From an uncultured Elusimicrobia bacterium (GTDB lineage: Bacteria > Elusimicrobiota > Elusimicrobia > 2-01-FULL-59-12): a stretch of DNA of 64,000 bases. The position numbers and the translations under genes are program-made. Under the pieces are notes generated by a model. The model searched no databases. It saw nothing but the letters and a program-made list of their open reading frames with translations, and had not been told where the DNA came from. Shown here piece by piece: positions 29,187-36,565 of the stretch (the stretch's first letter is position 1; each line of letters opens with the position of its first letter). The DNA is taken from assembly GCA_964506645.1 (NCBI GenBank), contig CAZDML010000001.1:12072-76071 (forward strand), given 5' to 3'.

Positions 29187-30016
29187 AGCGTGCCCTTCTA
29201 TGGATCGGCGGCGTGTTCATGCTAAGCGGGGTGGCCATCGCCTCCGAGGATGCGCCCAGCGTCAAAGAGATTGTTTCCAATGTCTGGCACGACCAAAGGG
29301 CGATTGTGACCTCCCCGTTACGCATGGATACAAAAGACAAATGGCTATGGGGAGCAACGGGCGCATCCCTCTTGGCATTGATGCCGACCTATAACAGCCA
29401 GCAATCCTTGGATGAGCGCTTGCTTCAAGGGATCGAACGAGAAAATCAAATGTATGGGACTTTTTTTAAACGATTGACGTATTTAGGGGATGGGAGGGTT
29501 TTGTTCGGCGCGTCATTAACAACCTACGGAATCAGCGCATTGGGCGATTACGAGGGGGCACAGCGTTTTTCGGCTCATTGGACAGAAGCATTAATAGACA
29601 CGGCTCTTTGGGCGACGGTCATCAAAATATTGACAGGCCGTAATCGTCCACAAGACGGAGAACCGGACAGCGAATTTCATGGACCTGTAGGCTATTTCCG
29701 GAACCAAGGGGTTAACTCCTCCTTCCCCTCGGGCCACACCGCCATGGCATTTGCCACGGCGGCCGTTTTCACGCGCGAATCAGATAATAACCCCTGGGTA
29801 GGCGTACCGGCGTATCTTGTCGCCGGTGGCGTCGGGTTTTCCCGAATGTACGTTGAAAAACATTGGCTCAGCGACGTAATATTCGGCGCAGCTCTGGGTC
29901 ACAGCATCGGCATGTTGGTGGAAAATCGCAGGCATCGCTCCCGCGAAACGGCCCTCCATCTGGAGCCCGTCCTGGATCCAGAGCAACCGGGACTGGTCCT
30001 TGTTTATCGATGGTAA
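29183..30016 (+). CDS. PAP2-family phosphatase (lipid phosphatase)
   Basis: KILTGRNRP (KxxxxxxRP), PSGH, SRMYVEKHWLSD (SRxxxxxHxxxD). Confidence 0.8.
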   Translation: MKRALLWIGGVFMLSGVAIASEDAPSVKEIVSNVWHDQRAIVTSPLRMDTKDKWLWGATGASLLALMPTYNSQQSLDERLLQGIERENQMYGTFFKRLTYLGDGRVLFGASLTTYGISALGDYEGAQRFSAHWTEALIDTALWATVIKILTGRNRPQDGEPDSEFHGPVGYFRNQGVNSSFPSGHTAMAFATAAVFTRESDNNPWVGVPAYLVAGGVGFSRMYVEKHWLSDVIFGAALGHSIGMLVENRRHRSRETALHLEPVLDPEQPGLVLVYRW

Positions 30017-31013
30017 AGTGGCAACCGTTTTTGACCGACACGGGCGATCCTATCTACTCTTGCTCCCGATTCTCTTAAGCCTCTATGGGCGTTCTTTTGC
30101 GGAGCCGCCCGCAAAAGAGACTCCACCGCAAAAGCCTCTCGATCTGCAAACACGGGGAGGCTATCTCTATGGACGACCTGGTCCCATTGATTTCATCACA
30201 CACATCCCCTCCAATCAGGTGCTTTTTTTCAAAGACACTTTCCGCAGGCAAAACACAGTACCGATTCTCATAGTTGTCGGCAGTACGGCTCTATTGATCT
30301 GGAAAGACCAGGAAATTGTTGATGAAGCTCAACGGTTTGGAAGCCGAAACGGGATTTCGCAGAACTCCGATCAATCCAGTCGTCACGGCATCCAGATCGG
30401 ATCTCAGAAACTGGAGATCGGCCTGCCGTCGAATACGGGCGAGGCGATGTACTTTCTAGGAGACGGCTGGCTGCACTTTGGAATAGCGGCGGGATTTCTC
30501 GGAACCGGACTGATCGCCAGGGACAACCGCGCTCTCCAAACGTCCAGTCAGATCGTCGAAGCGATTTTTTCCAGCGGATTAATAGTTCAAGTCGTCAAAC
30601 ATGTAACGGGTCGAGAGAGCCCCTTTACAACCGATACCCCGGGCGGCGTATGGCGATTTTTTCCCAATCAGTTTGATTACCACCAAAATGTGGCGCGATA
30701 TGACGCGATGCCGTCGGGGCATTTGGCGGCCGCCACGGCGACGAGCACCGTCATCATTTTGAATTATCCGGAATACCCCGTTTTAAAACCCATCTGTTAT
30801 GGTCTTCTCGGCGCACTGAGTTATCAAATGTTGAACAACGGCGTGCACTGGGCCGGCGACTATCCGCTCGCGATTGCCCTGGGGTATTCTTTCGGAAAGA
30901 TCGCTGTGAATCGCGGCCGGACCAAAAAACAAAATGAAGATGAAGTAGCCGTCTACTGGGAGCCTCGAATTATTGCCGGTGGAGGGGGTTTGCAACTTAC
31001 TTATCGGTTTTAG
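30000..31013 (+). CDS. PAP2-family phosphatase, second paralog
   Basis: VKHVTGRESP, MPSGH, HWAGD motifs. Alternative GTG start at 30021 gives a cleaner signal peptide. Confidence 0.7.
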   Translation: MFIDGKVATVFDRHGRSYLLLLPILLSLYGRSFAEPPAKETPPQKPLDLQTRGGYLYGRPGPIDFITHIPSNQVLFFKDTFRRQNTVPILIVVGSTALLIWKDQEIVDEAQRFGSRNGISQNSDQSSRHGIQIGSQKLEIGLPSNTGEAMYFLGDGWLHFGIAAGFLGTGLIARDNRALQTSSQIVEAIFSSGLIVQVVKHVTGRESPFTTDTPGGVWRFFPNQFDYHQNVARYDAMPSGHLAAATATSTVIILNYPEYPVLKPICYGLLGALSYQMLNNGVHWAGDYPLAIALGYSFGKIAVNRGRTKKQNEDEVAVYWEPRIIAGGGGLQLTYRF

Positions 31014-31101
31014 CACTGAATCTAATGCAATTAAGAGATTGACCACCAGGCAATAAGGTTTAAGTAATCGCCTGAAACTGAGATAAAAGGAATTTTTCTA
31101 T

Positions 31102-31842
31102 ATGAATAAAGTCGCAGCCATCACGATTTACTTTTGGATTATGAAGGTATGTGCCACGACTTTAGGGGAAACCGCAGGAGACCTCCTATCGATGACCCTC
31201 CATATCGGGTACGCCTACAGTTCCCTCATTTTGATTGGAGTATTCTTGGTTGCGCTCTGCCTTCAACTCTATTCGAAGAAATATCATCCTGCTTTGTATT
31301 GGACAGTGATTCTTGCGACCAGTACAGCGGGTACGACCATGTCTGATTTGATGGACCGCACTTTAGGACTTGGTTATGCCAAAGGGGCACTCATACTAGT
31401 TGGCACCCTGGTAGTCATTCTCGGGCTATGGCGCATCAGCGAAAAAACCTTATCTGTCAGCAATATTACGACCCGTAAATCGGAACTCTTCTATTGGACC
31501 GCGATCCTCTTCTCAAACACATTGGGGACCGCTGTTGGAGACTTTTTGGCTGATAGCTCTGGCCTTGGATTTCTGGGCGGTGCCGCCCTCATCGCCAGTC
31601 TGCTGCTATTGGTCATAGGAGCTTATTATTTCAGCCGGTTGGACCGCGTTTTGTTATTTTGGGTCGCTTTTGTACTGACGCGTCCTTTTGGTGCAACTTT
31701 CGGCGATCTATTAACCAAACCAACTCAACAAGGCGGTCTCAACTTCGGGACTATAGGATCGTCGGCGATTCTGGCCGGGCTACTCGTTATGTTAGTAATA
31801 CACACGAGTTTTAAAGAAAAAAACAAACAGATCGGGATATGA
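31102..31842 (+). CDS. integral membrane protein with four internal repeats (COG4705-like), hypothetical
   Basis: Repeated TM-pair units containing GETAGDLLSM / GTTMSDLMDR / GTAVGDFLAD / GATFGDLLTK. Confidence 0.5.
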   Translation: MNKVAAITIYFWIMKVCATTLGETAGDLLSMTLHIGYAYSSLILIGVFLVALCLQLYSKKYHPALYWTVILATSTAGTTMSDLMDRTLGLGYAKGALILVGTLVVILGLWRISEKTLSVSNITTRKSELFYWTAILFSNTLGTAVGDFLADSSGLGFLGGAALIASLLLLVIGAYYFSRLDRVLLFWVAFVLTRPFGATFGDLLTKPTQQGGLNFGTIGSSAILAGLLVMLVIHTSFKEKNKQIGI

Positions 31843-31899
31843 CAAATTAATCGCTTGCGGTTGGTGAAAGAGCGTCGATATGGTTAAATTCTGCTATTG

Positions 31900-31958
31900 A
31901 TGGCGATGGGGTTCGCCGAAACCGCCGGGAAGCCCTTTCCGGCTGATAACTCCTACCA
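31900..31958 (+). ncRNA. fluoride riboswitch (crcB RNA motif), cis-regulatory leader of crcB
   Basis: tGGCGATGGGGTTCGCCgaaACCGCCgggaagccctttccGGCTGATAACTCCTAC matches the conserved fluoride aptamer (GGCGAUGG.GUUCGCC...ACCGCC...CUGAUGAnUCCUAC). Downstream GGTAGGAG (the SD) can pair with CTCCTACC. Confidence 0.85.
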
Positions 31959-31979
31959 ATCCACCATGGTAGGAGACTT

Positions 31980-32354
31980 ATGTCCAATTACATGCATCTT
32001 GCAGTCGGAACTCTCGCCGGCGGATTTTGCCGCTACTGGTTGGCGGGAGCTGTCTACAGCCTTTTTGGAGTCCAGTTTCCTCACGGAACGCTGGCCGTGA
32101 ACCTGTCCGGCTGTTTTGCTGTCGGACTATTGAACGCTTTAGCTGAGGCAAAGTTGCTTCTTGGTCCGGAAGCCCGCATTCTTCTTATGACCGGCTTCTG
32201 CGGGGCCTTCACGACGTTCTCCGCGTTTATGCTCGAGACCTCGAATCTCATCAAAGACGGAGAAGCGATCCGGGCATCGGTGAACGTCGCTGGAAGTTTG
32301 ATCGGCGGTTTTATCCTCTTCCGGCTCGGCGAGTGGTTGGCAGGTTCAATTTAG
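31980..32354 (+). CDS. crcB: fluoride ion channel CrcB/Fluc
   Basis: 124 aa, four TM helices. GFCGAFTTFSAF and N-terminal GGFCRYW motifs. Directly downstream of the fluoride riboswitch. Confidence 0.9.
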   Translation: MSNYMHLAVGTLAGGFCRYWLAGAVYSLFGVQFPHGTLAVNLSGCFAVGLLNALAEAKLLLGPEARILLMTGFCGAFTTFSAFMLETSNLIKDGEAIRASVNVAGSLIGGFILFRLGEWLAGSI

Positions 32355-32362
32355 AGCGAGGC

Positions 32363-32965
32363 ATGACTATGCGAAATCCAATGGAAAAATCAGACCCACA
32401 TCGAACTATTCAGGTCGTAGCTCTCCTGAACTTAGCCTACTTCGGTGTCGAGTTTGCAGTCGCAAAGGCTATCGGGTCGGTTTCTCTTTTTGCCGACAGC
32501 ATTGATTTTTTGGAAGACGCCTCGGTGAACTTCCTCATTCTGCTGGCTTTGGGGTGGAGCGTGAGTCGGCGGGCGAAAGTCGGCATGCTCTTGGCGGGCA
32601 TTCTTCTGGTTCCAGGTCTATCCGCTTTATGGACTGCATGGCAGAAATTCAATAATCCTATGGCGCCAGAGGCGATCAGTCTTTCGGTAACGGGCATGGG
32701 AGCTCTGCTCGTAAACTTCACCTGTGCACTCCTGCTTTCCCGGCACAGGCATCACGGCGGAAGCCTGATGCGCGCCGCGTTTCTTTCGGCCCGAAACGAC
32801 GTCTGGGCGAATGTTGCCATCATTGGGGCGGGACTCGTAACGGCAGCGACCTTATCCGCCTGGCCGGACCTGCTTGTGGGACTTGGGATCGCGATCATGA
32901 ATGCGGGCGCCGCAAAGGAAGTATGGCAGGCCGCTCGTGATGAGCATCGCGCAGCTGCTGTTTAA
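32363..32965 (+). CDS. cation-efflux (CDF-type) transmembrane-domain-only protein
   Basis: Six-TM cation_efflux-like domain (FADSIDFLEDASVNFLILLA...) with no C-terminal cytoplasmic domain. Starts 9 nt after crcB. Confidence 0.55.
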   Translation: MTMRNPMEKSDPHRTIQVVALLNLAYFGVEFAVAKAIGSVSLFADSIDFLEDASVNFLILLALGWSVSRRAKVGMLLAGILLVPGLSALWTAWQKFNNPMAPEAISLSVTGMGALLVNFTCALLLSRHRHHGGSLMRAAFLSARNDVWANVAIIGAGLVTAATLSAWPDLLVGLGIAIMNAGAAKEVWQAARDEHRAAAV

Positions 32966-32999
32966 TCTGAGTCCCAGAATCGGAGAAAGGAAACACTCT

Positions 33000-33227
33000 A
33001 TGACGCCAACCGACGAGATGGCAAGGCTAAGAACCGAGCTTGCCAATGAAAGGACATTGTTAGCCTATGTTCGCACGGGGCTGGCTGTCGTTGCGGCGGG
33101 GGTATCATTAATCGCCTTTTTTGATTTGCTCGCACCACGAATTGTTGGATGGGCGCTCTCCACTGCGGGTATAGCGACGTTCCTCATTGGCGTGGTGCGA
33201 TTCAAAAGTATACGCCGACGCCTGTAA
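33000..33227 (+). CDS. DUF202/YidH-like small membrane protein
   Basis: ELANERTLLAYVRTGLAVVAAGVSL motif characteristic of DUF202. Two TM helices. Confidence 0.55.
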   Translation: MTPTDEMARLRTELANERTLLAYVRTGLAVVAAGVSLIAFFDLLAPRIVGWALSTAGIATFLIGVVRFKSIRRRL

Positions 33228-33228
33228 C

Positions 33229-34113
33229 TTAAAAATTAGGATGCGCGGATTGAAGTGCCTCTCGGATTTCTTCGGGTGCGATGCGCGTATAAATTTGTGT
33301 GGTGGCAATCTGGCGATGCCCTAAATTCTCCTGAATGGTGCGGAGACCTACTCCTCGGGCGGTCAGAATCGCGCCAAAAGCGTGACGAATACCGTGTGGA
33401 TGGACCCTTCCTACAATCCCGGCTTCTTTCGCCAGCTTTCTCAATTGCCACCAAAACGCGCCGCGACTCCAAGGACAACCGTTTGAAGTGAGGAAAATAT
33501 GGTGCGCATTGTTAGGGAATCTCTGATTGCGCACTTTAAGGTAAGAAGCAAGAGCCGTCTTGGTCTTTTCCCCAACGGGCACAATCCTATCGCGATCGTT
33601 CTTTGGGCGTCGGACACGAATCCATCCCTCTGTGAAGTTAATGTCGTCCAATTGTAAGCCGGTCAGCTCGCTGGCACGTAAGCCGGTGGCGAACGCGAGC
33701 TGGAGTGCAGCAACAAGGCGAATTCGGTGGAATTTGCAGCCGGTTGGGATGCTAAGTAAGTGCTCGATCTCTTCGAGGTTTAAAGGCTGTGGTAGACGAT
33801 GACTAAATTTTGGGAGTTTGAGATCGACAGGCCCTCCCACCGCACGGCCGCTGGCCACCAAGAACCGATGGAAAAGACGAATGGATACCGACGCTAGAAA
33901 GAGGGTGCTGGCCTTCAGTCCAGCCCGTTTCTTTTCTTCAAGGTAGGCAACGACGTCGTCACGCGTGGCGTTGAGAAGGTCGACGCTTCGCGTGTCCAGA
34001 AATCGCATATACCCCTGCAGCTGGTAGCGATATGTCGGCCAACACGCCAGTCCCCGCTCGATTTCAATGTGCTTGCGAAAGGCTTCGAGATGATCAGCGG
34101 GTGCGCTTGGCAT
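33229..34113 (-). CDS. tyrosine site-specific recombinase, XerC/XerD-like integrase
   Basis: 294 aa. Catalytic residues in the R...HxxR...Y arrangement (GLRASEL, HPHGIRHAFG, GHRQIATTQIYTRI). Confidence 0.85.
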   Translation of the reverse strand: MPSAPADHLEAFRKHIEIERGLACWPTYRYQLQGYMRFLDTRSVDLLNATRDDVVAYLEEKKRAGLKASTLFLASVSIRLFHRFLVASGRAVGGPVDLKLPKFSHRLPQPLNLEEIEHLLSIPTGCKFHRIRLVAALQLAFATGLRASELTGLQLDDINFTEGWIRVRRPKNDRDRIVPVGEKTKTALASYLKVRNQRFPNNAHHIFLTSNGCPWSRGAFWWQLRKLAKEAGIVGRVHPHGIRHAFGAILTARGVGLRTIQENLGHRQIATTQIYTRIAPEEIREALQSAHPNF

Positions 34114-34582
34114 GCTCGATCACGCGGATTCGCTTTTGAGTGTCCCGTTCCACGGAATATCCTTTTCGTTTGAATGACCATAGCCGTGCTCGGCAGTTGG
34201 CCTCGAGATCTTTGCCGTTAGCCTGGGGCCCAGCCTTCTTTTTGAGTTCGGCGGCGATCTCCTTGATCGTGTGGCCACCGGCGACCAAGAAAGGGTCAAT
34301 AATGGCGGCCAATGAACCGTCGCGGACTTTCTTCCCACTCTTGCCGTCCTTTTTGGCCTTGCCATTTGCTTTGAGCAGCAGTTTTGCGTCCCGATTGACT
34401 TTTTCTTCGGTATACGCCTGGAGCGGATAAGTCCGCTCAACCGTGTTTTCATTTCCGGTCGTTTCGGCGCGGAGAACTACTTTGTCACCATCGCGCCGCA
34501 CTACGACAACCGGAATTCCGGATTTCGTCAGGTATTTTTCGTTCAGCTTGGCTTCACTTGCGTTCATTCTTGCCCCTTTCAT
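34094..34582 (-). CDS. basic hypothetical protein co-oriented with and overlapping the integrase gene
   Basis: Lys-rich. No recognisable motif. 20-nt overlap with the integrase start. Start could be the ATG at 34582 or 34567. Confidence 0.4.
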   Translation of the reverse strand: MKGARMNASEAKLNEKYLTKSGIPVVVVRRDGDKVVLRAETTGNENTVERTYPLQAYTEEKVNRDAKLLLKANGKAKKDGKSGKKVRDGSLAAIIDPFLVAGGHTIKEIAAELKKKAGPQANGKDLEANCRARLWSFKRKGYSVERDTQKRIRVIEHAKRTR

Positions 34583-34840
34583 GATGTTTTGATCCCCTTG
34601 ATATTCGCCACGCCATATCACAGCCCCCGCAATCTTCAATCGGAAATAGCGCCACGTTGCACCGTTCGGCCTAATTCGGCCAACTCAGGCCAAGCGGCAG
34701 GACACAGGACTACCTTCTGAAGGGCGTTGCCAGCAAGCGATTTCTGACGAGCATGGGGAGGTGAAATGCGTCGTGAGGGACTTCGAAAATGGGAATTGCT
34801 AAAATGACTTCTGTTGCCGGCAAGCCTTTAGGAGTCGCTT

Positions 34841-35539
34841 ATCTGCGGACGTTATTCCATCGCGCTCGAACCTGTGGAGTTAGCCGAAGTCTTGGAATGT
34901 GCCCCTCCTGACTTCGCTTTCTCGCCACGCTTTAATGTCGCGCCATCACAAGCCGTTCCTGTCGTCATTAACGAAAACAATAAGCGACGTCTGTGTTTAA
35001 TGCACTGGGGTCTCGTGCCCAGTTGGGCCAAGGATCCATCCATCGGGAACAAGATGATCAACGCCCGCGCTGAGACGATAACGCAAAAGCCGAGTTTCCG
35101 TAGACCGTTTGAGCGCCAGCGTTGCCTTGTCCCTGTGGACGGTTTCTATGAATGGCAGAAAGTCGCGGGCGCGCGAGTCAAAATCCCCACGCGCATCGTA
35201 ATGAAGGATAGGTGCTTATTCGCACTTGCAGGGATCTGGGATATATGGAAAAAGCCAGATGGCGGTGAACTTCGTTCATTCGCGATCATCACGACCGCCG
35301 CCAACGATTTGATGAAGGCGATCCACGACCGAATGCCCGTGATTCTGGCGAAACAGGATTGGGATACATGGTTGGACCCGAAATGTATAGATATCCCCAA
35401 GCTAACGGGGCTTCTCAGGTCATACCCTTCCGATGAGATGGAAACCTATGAAGTCTCGACTGCCGTCAATTCGCCTCGCAATGATGTGCGGGAATGTTTT
35501 GTCTTGTTGACAAGTGGACGTCGCGAAATTTCAACTTAA
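34841..35539 (+). CDS. SOS-response-associated peptidase (SRAP/YedK, DUF159) whose conserved Cys2 codon is preceded by ATC rather than ATG
   Basis: In frame, GGAG plus 6 nt, then ATC-TGC-GGA-CGT (I-C-G-R), followed by YSIALEPVELAE...RFNVAPSQAVPVV. This is the SRAP N-terminus MCGRF...YN(V/I)APTQ. The only canonical start (GTG 34874) lies after the catalytic Cys. Confidence 0.6.
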   Translation: MCGRYSIALEPVELAEVLECAPPDFAFSPRFNVAPSQAVPVVINENNKRRLCLMHWGLVPSWAKDPSIGNKMINARAETITQKPSFRRPFERQRCLVPVDGFYEWQKVAGARVKIPTRIVMKDRCLFALAGIWDIWKKPDGGELRSFAIITTAANDLMKAIHDRMPVILAKQDWDTWLDPKCIDIPKLTGLLRSYPSDEMETYEVSTAVNSPRNDVRECFVLLTSGRREIST

Positions 35540-35596
35540 TTCACGATTGAGCAGAAAAGCCTTTATGAACAAATCAAAAAGCGGTATCGTTTCTCT

Positions 35597-36559
35597 ATGG
35601 CAACTTCGGAACAAATTAAATCGCTGATCCGCTCTCACTGGAGCGAGGATCAAGAGCAATTTTTCACAACCGCGTTACAGGTTGCTGCTCACGAAGCTGA
35701 GCGGGGACACGGGGCCTTGGCTCTCGAAATTAGGGGCATCATCGACCAAGCCCGTAATACAAAAGCTCCTCGCATGCTCACAGATGTTCTTCCAGAGCTC
35801 CAGGGCTTGGTCAACACAGAGGAATCCAAGACGCCGATTTCTGCTCTCGTTCTTCCCGATGCGCTTCTTAAGCGTATTCGCCGGATACTCCATGAGTATG
35901 TGCAGAGCCACAAACTGAAGCAGCATGCTTTAGCTCCTCGCAGCAAAATCTTGCTGACAGGCCCTCCGGGCACTGGGAAAACAATGACTGCTCGTGTTTT
36001 TGCGCACGAGTTGCACTTACCTTTGCATACCGTCCAGGTGGACCGGTTGGTGACGAAATACATGGGCGAAACAAGCGCCAAACTCCGACAGATATTCGAT
36101 CTCATTGGCCGCCAGAAGGGGGTTTATCTGTTTGATGAGTTCGATGCGATCGGCGGCGGCCGGTCACTGGATAACGACGTGGGGGAGATGCGCAGGGTGC
36201 TCAACGCTTTGCTGCAATTTATCGAACGAGACACTTTCGATAGCATGGTGGTGGCTGCTACCAATAGCCCAGAGCTTCTTGATCGCGCCTTGTTCCGGCG
36301 TTTTGACGACGTCTTGATTTATGCACTTCCTGAACAAAATGACCGTAGACGATTAATCGAAAACGCATTGACCAGCTTCCTGCCCGAAACCTTTGATTGG
36401 AAGGGCATAGTTTCAGCAAGCAAGGCGTTGAGTAGTGGAGAGATATACCAAGCATGCTGCGATTCACTGAAAGACGCTATTCTGCGCGATCAAACGTATG
36501 TTTCGTCGGAAAGCCTGAAGCTATCAATTAGCGAACGTCAGAATACCCATAGTCGTTAA
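35597..36559 (+). CDS. AAA+ ATPase (IetA-like)
   Basis: Walker A LLTGPPGTGKT. Walker B VYLFDEFD. Sensor and arginine finger region. 320 aa. Confidence 0.8.
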   Translation: MATSEQIKSLIRSHWSEDQEQFFTTALQVAAHEAERGHGALALEIRGIIDQARNTKAPRMLTDVLPELQGLVNTEESKTPISALVLPDALLKRIRRILHEYVQSHKLKQHALAPRSKILLTGPPGTGKTMTARVFAHELHLPLHTVQVDRLVTKYMGETSAKLRQIFDLIGRQKGVYLFDEFDAIGGGRSLDNDVGEMRRVLNALLQFIERDTFDSMVVAATNSPELLDRALFRRFDDVLIYALPEQNDRRRLIENALTSFLPETFDWKGIVSASKALSSGEIYQACCDSLKDAILRDQTYVSSESLKLSISERQNTHSR

Positions 36560-36565
36560 TCAGGT

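Noticed and set aside
33180-34870. Search for a tRNA/tmRNA attachment site next to the integrase
   Set aside because: No cloverleaf-like or CCA-ending structure was seen by eye on either flank. The integrase abuts a protein-coding gene on its 3' side. The island boundary is therefore inferred only from gene content.
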